DNA of 64,000 nt. Source: Candidatus Latescibacterota bacterium (GTDB taxonomy: Bacteria > Latescibacterota > UBA2968). The notes beneath the pieces were generated by a model that did not search any database, had not been told where the DNA came from, and saw only the letters and a list, made by a program, of their open reading frames with translations. Below are positions 54,909 to 64,000 of this stretch, one piece after another (position 1 is the first letter of the stretch; every line of letters starts with the position of its first letter). The stretch lies in NCBI GenBank assembly GCA_965222605.1, contig OZ244960.1:6208001-6272000 (forward strand). Direction: 5' to 3'. The translations under genes were made by a program, and so were the position numbers.

Positions 54909-55640
54909 ATCGATTTTCCAATACGCGAAATATGCTATGCGAGCGGTATTTTTTGGATTGCGGGTAGCTTGCAGGGGTTGACCGGGTTTGGGTTTAATCT
55001 GCTTTCTGTGCCTGCGATGGTTTTGTGGTTTCCCGCACAGGTGGTTGTACCCGGGGTTTTGATGTCTTATTTGCCTTTGGGCACAGGGCAGTTTATTCAA
55101 CTGCGACGAGATGTGGATTGGAAGGTGCTGGGGATAATTGTGGGCAGTGCGATTGTGGGCATGCCTATCGGTGCGTTTATTTTACGCGATACAGATGCAG
55201 AGGTGATGAAGCGCGCCATTGGTTTGGCAATGATAGTATTGGCAATTGTTTTGCAATTGCGACCGGGTAATCCTTTTCGACATGACGCACTGACCTGTAT
55301 AGGGGTGGGTATGTTCAGCGGTTTTTTGTCCACCAGTATCGGTGTATCTGGACCGCCTCTGGTTCTGTTTGGGCTGAAACAGCGCTGGTCGCAGGAGATG
55401 ATGCGCGCGACGCTTTTGACCTGTTTTTTGTGTACTTCCACGTTGAGTCTCTGTGTGTTGTGGGCGGTAGGGGTGTTGACGCTTGAGAGCTTGCAATTCG
55501 TCCTTTGGGGCGCGCCGGGTTTGATTTTGGGATTTTTGACCTCGACCTATCTCCGCGCACGGGTTCATCAGGTGGCGGTGTTTCGCTGGATTTCGATTGG
55601 GATGGTGATGGCCGGCGGATTGGCCGCGGCGATTTTTTAA
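54909..55640 (+). CDS. TauE/SafE family sulfite exporter (possible ATC start)
   Basis: AGSLQGLTGFGF, GVSGPPLV; the frame extends to an ATC at 54909 after a GGAGG RBS. Confidence 0.8.
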   Translation: MDFPIREICYASGIFWIAGSLQGLTGFGFNLLSVPAMVLWFPAQVVVPGVLMSYLPLGTGQFIQLRRDVDWKVLGIIVGSAIVGMPIGAFILRDTDAEVMKRAIGLAMIVLAIVLQLRPGNPFRHDALTCIGVGMFSGFLSTSIGVSGPPLVLFGLKQRWSQEMMRATLLTCFLCTSTLSLCVLWAVGVLTLESLQFVLWGAPGLILGFLTSTYLRARVHQVAVFRWISIGMVMAGGLAAAIF

Positions 55641-55649
55641 GGATAATCT

Positions 55650-58600
55650 ATGCGTGATATAGATACAACCATTCGCAACTTGATGTCAGAGCGCATTTTG
55701 CTGCTCGATGGGGCGATGGCTACGATGATTCAGGCTTATGATCTGGACGAGCAGGCGTTTCGAGGCGATGGTTTTGGCGATCATCCCGTAGATGTGAAGG
55801 GGTGTAGTGACCTTTTGTGTCTGACGCAGCCCCATTTGATCGCGGATATTCATCGGCGTTTTTTAGATGCCGGGGCAGATATTATCGAGACAAATACGTT
55901 TAACGCCACGCCGGTTTCAATGGCGGAGTATCAGCTTCAGGACCGGGTTTACGATCTCAATGTGGCAGCCGCTCGGGTTGCGCGAAAAGCAGCGGATGAG
56001 GTGACAAAACAAAATCCGAACAAACCGCGATTTGTTGCGGGTTCTCTGGGTCCAACGAGTTGTACGCTTTCGCTGTCGCCCAATGTGAATGATCCGGCTT
56101 TTCGCACGCATACGTTTGAAGATGTGGTCAACGGGTATTACGCGCAGATCGAGGGCTTGATGGCGGGAGGTGTGGATCTGATCCTGGTGGAGACGGTGTT
56201 TGATACGCTCACGGCCAAAGCTGCGCTATTTGCCGTGTCGCGTTATTTCTCAGATCACGGTGTGAAAGTGCCCGTGATGATTTCTGGAACGGTGGCCGAT
56301 CAAAGCGGGCGCACGTTGTCCGGACAGACGATAGAGGCATTCTGGTTGTCTGTGGCGCACGCACAGCCCTTGAGTGTGGGGATTAACTGCGCCCTGGGTG
56401 CGCGGGAAATGCGGCCTTATGTGGAGGCTTTGTCGCATTTTGCACCGGCGTTTATGAGTTGTTATCCCAATGCGGGGTTGCCCAATGAGTTTGGGGAATA
56501 CGACGATTCTCCGGGGCATATGGCGGGTATTTTGGGCGATTTTGCCGCGCAGGGGTGGCTCAATATCGTGGGCGGATGTTGTGGTACCACGCCCGAATAT
56601 ATTGCTGTAATTGCCGAGGCTGTATCCGATAAGGCGCCGAGAAAAATTCCCGAGCGTTCTTCTGTGTCGCGCTTTAGCGGTTTGGAGCCGATGATTATTT
56701 ATCCCGATTCCAATTTTATTATGATTGGCGAGCGCACCAATGTGACGGGGTCACGGCGGTTTGCGCGGTTGATCAAAACGGGCGATTATGCGGCGGCACT
56801 GGCAGTTGCACGCGAGCAGGTGGTCGGTGGCGCGAATATGATTGATGTCAATATGGACGAGGGTTTGCTCGATTCCAAAGATGCTATGGCGACGTTTTTA
56901 AAGCTGATCGCGGGCGAACCCGATATTGCGCGCGTGCCGATTGTGATTGACAGTTCCGATTTCGAGGTGATCGAGGCTGGGTTGAAATGCGTGCAGGGCA
57001 AGGCGATTGTCAATTCTATCAGTTTAAAAGAGGGTGAGGCAGCTTTTAAAGCGCAGGCGGAAACCGTGTTGCGTTATGGTGCTGCGGTTGTGGTAATGGC
57101 ATTTGATGAGACTGGACAGGCGACGTCAATTGAAGACAAGGTGCGGATTTGCCAGCGCGCATATCGCATTTTGACAGAAGATGTCGGGATAGATGCGTCA
57201 GATATTATTTTTGATCCGAATATTCTGACTGTTGCAACGGGTATTGAGGAGCACAACGATTATGCGGTCAATTTTATCGGGGCCGTGAGGCAGATCAAAG
57301 ATCTTTGTCCTGGCGTGAAGACGAGTGGGGGCGTGAGCAATATTTCGTTCTCATTTCGGGGCAATGATTATATGCGGGAGGCGATTCACGCGGCTTTTTT
57401 GTATCACGCCATTCAAGCGGGTCTGGATATGGGCATTGTCAATGCCGGGCAGTTGATGGTATATGAAGAAATCCCCGAGCAGTTACGCGTGCTGATTGAA
57501 GATGTGTTGTTCAACAGGCGGGAGGATGCAACGGAACGGCTGGTGGATTTTGCCGAGTCTGTGCGGTCAGAGGGCAAGAGCCGCCAAAAAGACGATGCAT
57601 GGCGGCAAGGGTCGGTTGAAGCCCGCTTGAAGCACGCGCTGTTACACGGACAATCAGAGCATATCGAAGAGGATTTGGAGGAGGCTCTCGGCAGGTACAA
57701 ACCGTTGGAGATGGTCGAAGGCCCATTGATGGATGGGATGAATGTGGTGGGCGATTTGTTTGGCGCGGGCAAAATGTTTTTGCCTCAGGTGGTCAAAACT
57801 GCGCGCGTGATGAAGCAAGCGGTGGCGTATCTCGAGCCTTTGATGGATGATGAGCAGGCAGGCGGTGGAGCGAGGGGAAAAATACTGATGGCGACGGTGA
57901 AGGGGGATGTACACGATATTGGCAAGAATATTGTGGGCGTGGTTTTGGGGTGCAATAATTACGAGGTTATCGATTTGGGTGTGATGGTGCCCGCAGATCG
58001 CATTTTGAGAATTGCGCGGGAAAAGGGGGTCGATATCATCGGGTTGAGCGGTCTGATTACGCCGTCGCTCAATGAGATGATCCATGTCGCGGGGGAGATG
58101 CAGCGCGAGGGTTTTGACTTGCCCCTTTTGATTGGCGGGGCGACCACGAGCCGCAAGCATACGGCGGTAAAAATCGCGCCGGCTTACGAATATGCAACTG
58201 TGCATGTCAAGGACGCTTCGCGCGCAACGGGGGTGATGGGCACACTGTTGAACGCAGAGCAGCGCGACGAGTATATTCGGGCAAATCGCGAGTCGCAGCA
58301 GCGGGCATTGGCCGAGTTTGATATTTCTCGAAGGCCGCTTATTTCGTATTCGGATGCCCTGGCGCGTCGTCAGGTATTTGATTGGGCACAGGTCGATCTT
58401 CCCAAGCCCAAGTTTACGGGTGTGCAGGATTTGCGCGATTTCCCAATTTCCCAATTGGTAGATTTTATCGATTGGGGACCGTTTTTTCACGCATGGGAGT
58501 TGCGGGGCAGTTATCCCAAGATATTGAATGATCCGCACAAGGGCGTAGAGGCGCGCAAATTGTTCGACGATGCACAGGCGATGCTCCAGGCGATTGTCGA

Positions 58601-59306
58601 TGAGGGATGGCTCCAGGCGCAGGCTGTGTACGGATTTTTCCCGGTAAATGCCGATGGCGACGATATTGTCGTGTTTGAAGACGAGCGCAGAGATGCCGAG
58701 CGGGCGCGGTTGCCGATGCTGCGCCAGCAGCAGGAAAAGCGCACGGGGGGACCGTATTTTTCACTGGCCGATTTTGTCGCGCCTATCGGATATGCAGATT
58801 ATATCGGGGCGTTTGCCGTGACTGCGGGATTGGGCGTTGACGCCAAAGCAGCGGCGTTTAAGCACGCACTGGACGATTACAATGCCATTTTGCTTCAGGC
58901 TATAGCGGACCGCCTGGCTGAGGCATTTGCCGAGTTTTTGCACGCAAAGGCGCGGAGAGATTGGGGATACGGTCTGGGCGAGGCGTTGAACAGTGAGGAT
59001 TTGATCAGGGAGAGATATCGCGGTATTCGCCCCGCGCCCGGTTATCCCGCTTGCCCGGATCACACGGAGAAACAGACTTTGTGGGATTTGCTCAGTGTTG
59101 AGAGAGAGACGGATATTCGGTTGACGGAGAATTTTGCGATGTCCCCAGCGGCTTCGGTCAGCGGGTGGTATCTCGCACATCCCGATGCGCGCTATTTTGC
59201 CGTGGGCAAGATTGACGCCGATCAAGTGGCCGATTACGCACGCCGCAAAGGGATGCAGGTGGCGGAGATGGAACGCTGGCTGGCACCAAATTTGGGGTAT
59301 AGATAA
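55650..59306 (+). CDS. metH: Cobalamin-dependent methionine synthase
   Basis: [46 protein letters not shown]. Confidence 0.98.
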   Translation: MRDIDTTIRNLMSERILLLDGAMATMIQAYDLDEQAFRGDGFGDHPVDVKGCSDLLCLTQPHLIADIHRRFLDAGADIIETNTFNATPVSMAEYQLQDRVYDLNVAAARVARKAADEVTKQNPNKPRFVAGSLGPTSCTLSLSPNVNDPAFRTHTFEDVVNGYYAQIEGLMAGGVDLILVETVFDTLTAKAALFAVSRYFSDHGVKVPVMISGTVADQSGRTLSGQTIEAFWLSVAHAQPLSVGINCALGAREMRPYVEALSHFAPAFMSCYPNAGLPNEFGEYDDSPGHMAGILGDFAAQGWLNIVGGCCGTTPEYIAVIAEAVSDKAPRKIPERSSVSRFSGLEPMIIYPDSNFIMIGERTNVTGSRRFARLIKTGDYAAALAVAREQVVGGANMIDVNMDEGLLDSKDAMATFLKLIAGEPDIARVPIVIDSSDFEVIEAGLKCVQGKAIVNSISLKEGEAAFKAQAETVLRYGAAVVVMAFDETGQATSIEDKVRICQRAYRILTEDVGIDASDIIFDPNILTVATGIEEHNDYAVNFIGAVRQIKDLCPGVKTSGGVSNISFSFRGNDYMREAIHAAFLYHAIQAGLDMGIVNAGQLMVYEEIPEQLRVLIEDVLFNRREDATERLVDFAESVRSEGKSRQKDDAWRQGSVEARLKHALLHGQSEHIEEDLEEALGRYKPLEMVEGPLMDGMNVVGDLFGAGKMFLPQVVKTARVMKQAVAYLEPLMDDEQAGGGARGKILMATVKGDVHDIGKNIVGVVLGCNNYEVIDLGVMVPADRILRIAREKGVDIIGLSGLITPSLNEMIHVAGEMQREGFDLPLLIGGATTSRKHTAVKIAPAYEYATVHVKDASRATGVMGTLLNAEQRDEYIRANRESQQRALAEFDISRRPLISYSDALARRQVFDWAQVDLPKPKFTGVQDLRDFPISQLVDFIDWGPFFHAWELRGSYPKILNDPHKGVEARKLFDDAQAMLQAIVDEGWLQAQAVYGFFPVNADGDDIVVFEDERRDAERARLPMLRQQQEKRTGGPYFSLADFVAPIGYADYIGAFAVTAGLGVDAKAAAFKHALDDYNAILLQAIADRLAEAFAEFLHAKARRDWGYGLGEALNSEDLIRERYRGIRPAPGYPACPDHTEKQTLWDLLSVERETDIRLTENFAMSPAASVSGWYLAHPDARYFAVGKIDADQVADYARRKGMQVAEMERWLAPNLGYR

Positions 59307-59632
59307 TGGCGCGCTTCAAGCCAGGTTGTGATAGCAATTCAAACGACGTGATAGAGGCTTTTTGTCGGGAAAGAGGTATCGCAAAGTGGTATTCAAAGAT
59401 ACCGGGGCTTCTTGAGAATCATTTCCCAAATTTAGAAGGTGGCGCGTTCAGCCTCCAAAAAGACGATGAGTCTGACGATGTCTTTGTTGAGGTATTATTT
59501 TCGGTCAGGGGTGTTCGAAAAGAGATTTATGAATATTATGATAGATTTCTCGATACCTGGGTCGAGGATGTCCCAGCAAAGGCAAGAGCATATTTCCAGC
59601 TTCTTTTAGATAATGAACAAATCTTACGTTGA
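59306..59632 (+). CDS. Hypothetical acidic protein
   Basis: 108-aa ORF overlapping the metH stop (TAATG); AT-richer than metH. Confidence 0.55.
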   Translation: MARFKPGCDSNSNDVIEAFCRERGIAKWYSKIPGLLENHFPNLEGGAFSLQKDDESDDVFVEVLFSVRGVRKEIYEYYDRFLDTWVEDVPAKARAYFQLLLDNEQILR

Positions 59633-59930
59633 GTATCGAGACCAAGGCTATTGGATTGCGAATAGTCGAGTCTCTCTGGATACTATCGTTTATGCTTTTC
59701 TGGATGGACAATCTCCCGAGAGTATTGCCCAATCGCTTCCTGTATTGACACTTGAACAGATCTATGGAGCTATTGCATTCTATCTTGCCCATCAAACAGA
59801 GATTGAGACATATCTTGAGCACTCGAAAGCGAATTTCGAGACAAGGCGAAAAGCATCCCGGGAATCAGACCCTGTATTTTATCAGAAATTAGCGGATGCA
59901 CGGCATGGCGTTGAGACGATTCACAAATGA
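59613..59930 (+). CDS. DUF433 family putative antitoxin
   Basis: IANSRVSLDTIV..F..GQSPESI...LTLEQIYGAIAFY. Confidence 0.85.
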   Translation: MNKSYVEYRDQGYWIANSRVSLDTIVYAFLDGQSPESIAQSLPVLTLEQIYGAIAFYLAHQTEIETYLEHSKANFETRRKASRESDPVFYQKLADARHGVETIHK

Positions 59931-59947
59931 GAATACGATTTTGCTAA
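59927..59947 (+). pseudogene. Stub of a DUF5615/PIN-like toxin
   Basis: ATGA overlap gives MRIRFC*, resembling the MxIRF start of DUF433 partner toxins. Confidence 0.4.
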
Positions 59948-59952
59948 AGATC

Positions 59953-59985
59953 AAAGAGTCTCGTAATTGTTTGCGAGGCTCTTTT
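59953..59985 (+). terminator. Intrinsic terminator
   Basis: AAAGAGTCTCG-taattgtttg-CGAGGCTCTTTT. Confidence 0.7.
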
Positions 59986-60130
59986 AGTTTTTAGATGGAA
60001 ATGTAACGCGGAACGGGGTACAAATACGATAGCAAGTCCAATACAATATGTCCCTTGATAGATGCACATAAAGTCACTATGTTATGGATGATTGATCAGC
60101 CCTGGATTTATATTATAGGAAGGAATAGCA

Positions 60131-63100
60131 ATGCCACTACCTGGCGGACCCGCTGACAAGATTGGAAATCGCTACGAACTGTGGTGGACGGTCTCTCAAT
60201 TTGTACGGATCATCAATGGAGAAGTCGAAAGTATCCGCATAGAGGATCCGACAATTGATAAAGCCGAGTTTGTAGTCACTGCAGGAGGTTGTCGCGAGTT
60301 TCACCAAGCAAAGCGAATCCATCCAGATGGTAAGTGGAGCCTTTCCTCTCTCCAAAGCCTGCTACATACAATGTTCAATCAGCTTTCTACAAGCACCAAC
60401 ACACGATTCGTTTTTGTGTCGGGTAGTGAGGCTCGAGAGCTGAAAGAATTAACAGAACGGGCTGTGGATGCAAAAGACCTGGAGGAATTCGAGTCAGTGT
60501 TTGTTCGTGCTAAATCCCAAAAGCAAAATTTTAATAGACTCAAAGACGTTTGGAATACTGATACTGACACGGCATACGAGATACTTAGACGTATCGAAGT
60601 TCGTACCATTGATGAGATCGGGATTGGAGACCAAGTGCGAGATTCTTTGGCTGTACGGTTCAACCAACCGGATAACGTATGCGATGCACTCCGCAGCGTT
60701 GCTGAAGATTCGATTCATGAAGAGATCAACTACGAGAGGCTGATCTCATATCTTAAAGGTAAAAGGTTCACACTGCGTCAACTTATCAACCGAAATGATG
60801 CCCCTTCGCTCATCAACGAAGTAACAAGTCGTTATCTCAGAGCACGTCGAAAGCTGATTCAAGGCTCCCTTATTCCACGCTCATCGACTCAAGACCTTCT
60901 TGCCAAAATTAAAGAAAATGCGACCAATGGGGCCGACTGCGTCCTCACTGGCAGAGCAGGGGGTGGAAAAACGGGATGCGTAATCGAATGTGTGGAAGCA
61001 CTCCAACAAAGCAATGACGCTGCCGTGCTTGCCTTCCGCCTGGATCGCATAGAGCCGGTATCGTCAACCAAAGAACTGGGCGAACGTCTTGGCCTTGAGG
61101 AATCGCCAGCACTCGTATTGGAGACAGCGGCTGAGTCCCTATCACGCGACGCAGTACTTATTATTGATCAACTCGACGCCGTCAGCACAACTTCTGGTCG
61201 CAGTTCAGATTTCTTTGAAGTTGTGGAAGACCTTTTGGATGAAGTGAGAGGTTTACGCAATAGCGTGAAATTTCACGTTGTTGTTGTCTGCCGAAAGTTT
61301 GATTGGGAGAATGACCATCGCTTGCGTCGCTCTCTCGGAGAGAACCACATAGAAGTCTCCATCACAGATTTTTCTATAGATGAAGTAAAATCGGTGCTCC
61401 AGAATGGTGGCTTCAAAGCTGAACTATTTGAAACAAGGCAATTGGAGTTGCTCTGTCTGCCGCAAAATCTATCGTTGTTCCTTGATACGGATTACGATCT
61501 CAGCTCGCGACCACCGTTCTTCACACAAAAAGATCTGTTTGATCGCTACTGGGATGAAAAACGCCAGGCGGTTAAGAATCGTATCGCGTCCCTGTCTGAT
61601 CGCTGGATGGATGTGATCCAGATGTTGTGTGACAAAATGACTGAATCACAGCAGCTATCAGTGTTGAGGGAGACTCTCGATCAATTCTCGCCCGATTACC
61701 GTGACTCAATGGTGTCGGAGGGTGTGCTTTCATTTGATCAGAACCGTTATAGCTTCGGGCATGAGGCATTTTTCGATTACTGCTTTGCCCGTGGCTTTGT
61801 GGCAAAAGATGAATCCTTGACAGAGTTCCTCAAGAAATCGGAACAACACCTATTTCGCAGAGCACAAGTGCGACAAGTTCTCATTTATCTTCGCGATGCC
61901 GACCCCGAACGGTATTGCCAAGAACTCAGGGCATTATTGACGGATGAGAATATCCGTTATCATTTGAAAGATCTTGCTGTTGCCGTAGCTGTTGTGATGC
62001 CAAATCCCGAGGAAGCTGAATGGAACGTCCTTGAGCCATGGATTGAATCCGAACTTGAAGCGATCAAGAGCAGTACGCCAAATACGGATAAGTTTGCGTC
62101 TTTGGTGTGGGATCGCTTCTTCTCTTCGCAGCCCTGGTTCCAGATTGCGGATGAAAAAGGTCTTGTAGCAGGATGGCTCTCGTCTAACAAAGAAGCCCTT
62201 GTCGATATGGGTGCATACTATGCTCGGTTTCATCAGAGACATGCAGGAGACCGGGTGGCAGACCTTTTAAAGCCATTCGTGGGAAAAGATGGCAATTGGC
62301 CTCAACGGTTTAAGTCTATTATGCAATCGGCTGATCTTGGAAGCAGTCGAAGGTTTTTTGATTTGTTTTTAAGGTTAATAGACGATGGCACTTTGGATGG
62401 GGTCCCTGGATCAACCGATAACAACCGCACATTAGTGGACAGGTGGCCTGGGTTGATAAGGGCACCTCTTGATTGGATACCAGAGTTAATCAATCATTGG
62501 CTTTTAAGAAGACTATCAATAATTCAAGAGGCATGCGCTCCTGGAGAAAGTCCCAACTGGCGTAACTTATTCAATCCTGACGATTCCGTTTCAAAGTATA
62601 TTTACGATTCTGCAAACCAATTTCCTGACAAGTTTGTGCAGCACGTTCTACCAGTTATTTTGAAAATCTCTGATATTGCTATCTCTCAGGATTACAAAGA
62701 TTTGCCTAAACCTGACACAGTGTGGATGTTTTGGCCCGACAGTGAGTATGATCCAATTGAAGAAGTTTGCAGAAAAGCAGTTGCTTTAGTGGTAGAGAAA
62801 CTCGCTGAAAAGAAGTCAGACCGTATTGCTGAAATTTTGGAAAAGCTAAGGGTCCGAGAGACCTACATGGCAAATTATCTTCTTCTTCGGGCCTATACCG
62901 CTGGCGGAAAATACTTTGCCGACGATGCTGTTTCTGAACTCTGCGACAAAAACTGGCGTTTTCGATGCGGATATTCTGACAGCCCTTACTGGATAGCGAT
63001 TCAACTGATAGAGGCGGTCACCCCTCTTTGTTCCGAAGATAACCGCGCAAAACTCGAAAAGGCTATTTGGGATTACACACCGTATTATGAGAGTATTCCT

Positions 63101-64000
63101 GGCGGGTATAAGTATAGAGGGCATGCTTCTTTTGCTTTGCTATCTGGCATACCGGAGGAATTGCGTAGCGAGCGAGCCCAGGCACATTATGCACAACTTG
63201 AGCAGAAGTTCGGGAAGATGGATTTTGCTCCGAGAAGAATCCAGGTGGACTTGGTGGTCTCTCCAATTGAAGAGCCAGAGGCGGAGAAAATGACCGATGA
63301 AGAATGGCTCAGGAAAATTAAAAGATACGACTCGGATGAGATATTATCAGATCCAGAAAATCTTGAAAAGGGTGGGGCCTTAGAATTTGCACGTATGTTG
63401 CAGAAGTTCGTGAAGAAAGAACCAGAACGATTTGCCCGCTTGAGCCTCAAGTTTCCAGTGGATACGCATCTCTTCTACTTAGAACACACACTATGCGGTC
63501 TGAAAGAAACAAACGGCTTCACCGAACTCAAACTCGAGGTATGCCGCAAAGCGTACTCCGAATCACGCGATAAATATGGAAAGGCAATTACTGACTTATT
63601 GGGTTCCATCAGAGATCAGCTTCCCGATGATGCCGTGCAGATGCTCAATTGGCTGGCAACCGGGCACTCCGATCCGGAGAAAGAATTGTGGATTGAAGAA
63701 ATTGCAGGCGGTACACCCGACTATAGAGAAGATATTCTTAATCACGGCATCAACACGACACGCGGACGTGCAGCCGGGGCAATACGCGATCTTATTCGAT
63801 GGGATGCCTCGTACATTGACCGCTTTCGTGCGACTATAGAATGGTTGGTCAGGGATAATAGTTTATCTGTTCGCGCATGCGCGGCCTCAATACTCTTATA
63901 TATCACGAATCACGATTGGGAATTTGCTTTCGAGCAATTTGCCAGGCTCATTGAACCTCAAGACGATCAAACTGATAGTGACTGCTTGCTAGCGAATCCC
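60131..64000 (+). CDS. Large nuclease-STAND/NACHT ATPase with helical sensor (Avs/AVAST-like), 3' end outside window
   Basis: Hand translation gives MPLPGGPADKIGNRYELWW...IEDPTIDKAEF...FHQAK; Walker A GRAGGGKT at about 60950; Walker B VLIIDQLDAV at about 61154; AGGAAGGA RBS; no in-frame stop found. Confidence 0.88.
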   Translation, partial: MPLPGGPADKIGNRYELWWTVSQFVRIINGEVESIRIEDPTIDKAEFVVTAGGCREFHQAKRIHPDGKWSLSSLQSLLHTMFNQLSTSTNTRFVFVSGSEARELKELTERAVDAKDLEEFESVFVRAKSQKQNFNRLKDVWNTDTDTAYEILRRIEVRTIDEIGIGDQVRDSLAVRFNQPDNVCDALRSVAEDSIHEEINYERLISYLKGKRFTLRQLINRNDAPSLINEVTSRYLRARRKLIQGSLIPRSSTQDLLAKIKENATNGADCVLTGRAGGGKTGCVIECVEALQQSNDAAVLAFRLDRIEPVSSTKELGERLGLEESPALVLETAAESLSRDAVLIIDQLDAVSTTSGRSSDFFEVVEDLLDEVRGLRNSVKFHVVVVCRKFDWENDHRLRRSLGENHIEVSITDFSIDEVKSVLQNGGFKAELFETRQLELLCLPQNLSLFLDTDYDLSSRPPFFTQKDLFDRYWDEKRQAVKNRIASLSDRWMDVIQMLCDKMTESQQLSVLRETLDQFSPDYRDSMVSEGVLSFDQNRYSFGHEAFFDYCFARGFVAKDESLTEFLKKSEQHLFRRAQVRQVLIYLRDADPERYCQELRALLTDENIRYHLKDLAVAVAVVMPNPEEAEWNVLEPWIESELEAIKSSTPNTDKFASLVWDRFFSSQPWFQIADEKGLVAGWLSSNKEALVDMGAYYARFHQRHAGDRVADLLKPFVGKDGNWPQRFKSIMQSADLGSSRRFFDLFLRLIDDGTLDGVPGSTDNNRTLVDRWPGLIRAPLDWIPELINHWLLRRLSIIQEACAPGESPNWRNLFNPDDSVSKYIYDSANQFPDKFVQHVLPVILKISDIAISQDYKDLPKPDTVWMFWPDSEYDPIEEVCRKAVALVVEKLAEKKSDRIAEILEKLRVRETYMANYLLLRAYTAGGKYFADDAVSELCDKNWRFRCGYSDSPYWIAIQLIEAVTPLCSEDNRAKLEKAIWDYTPYYESIPGGYKYRGHASFALLSGIPEELRSERAQAHYAQLEQKFGKMDFAPRRIQVDLVVSPIEEPEAEKMTDEEWLRKIKRYDSDEILSDPENLEKGGALEFARMLQKFVKKEPERFARLSLKFPVDTHLFYLEHTLCGLKETNGFTELKLEVCRKAYSESRDKYGKAITDLLGSIRDQLPDDAVQMLNWLATGHSDPEKELWIEEIAGGTPDYREDILNHGINTTRGRAAGAIRDLIRWDASYIDRFRATIEWLVRDNSLSVRACAASILLYITNHDWEFAFEQFARLIEPQDDQTDSDCLLANP

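Noticed and set aside
55600-55650. Cobalamin or SAM riboswitch before metH
   Set aside because: Only 9 nt separate metH from the upstream gene, leaving no room, and no motif was seen.
60137-63839. Many short ORFs listed in the last 4 kb
   Set aside because: All lie in other frames or on the other strand of the single long STAND gene starting at 60131.

Overview
Bacterial chromosomal window of roughly 50% GC (estimated by eye). The gene content suggests a marine or host-associated heterotroph such as a Latescibacterota/Gemmatimonadota-like MAG; this is an inference from the many Gfo/Idh/MocA oxidoreductases, sulfatases, a PhyH dioxygenase and repeat proteins. The housekeeping core comprises mutL-miaA-tRNA-Gly(CCC), hpt, a uracil-DNA glycosylase, metH and an RsmC-like methyltransferase. 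Metabolic loci are two xanthine-dehydrogenase-family molybdo-flavoenzyme operons (one Tat-exported and PaoABC-like, with a cytochrome b) and phnX divergent from a phosphonoacetaldehyde-reductase-like Fe-ADH. Accessory loci are a coupled ExbB-ExbD-Pro-rich-TPR-PEGA operon, a MORN+WD40 lipoprotein with near-identical DNA repeats, an IS982 remnant, a NotI-like/Dam-like R-M pair and several toxin-antitoxin or defence fragments whose toxins are missing or truncated. A nuclease-STAND ATPase (Avs-like, about 1290 codons visible) runs off the right end and is absent from the supplied ORF track. Two candidate structured RNAs lie at about 42.05 kb and upstream of mutL. All family calls come from motif recognition by eye; no database searches were run.
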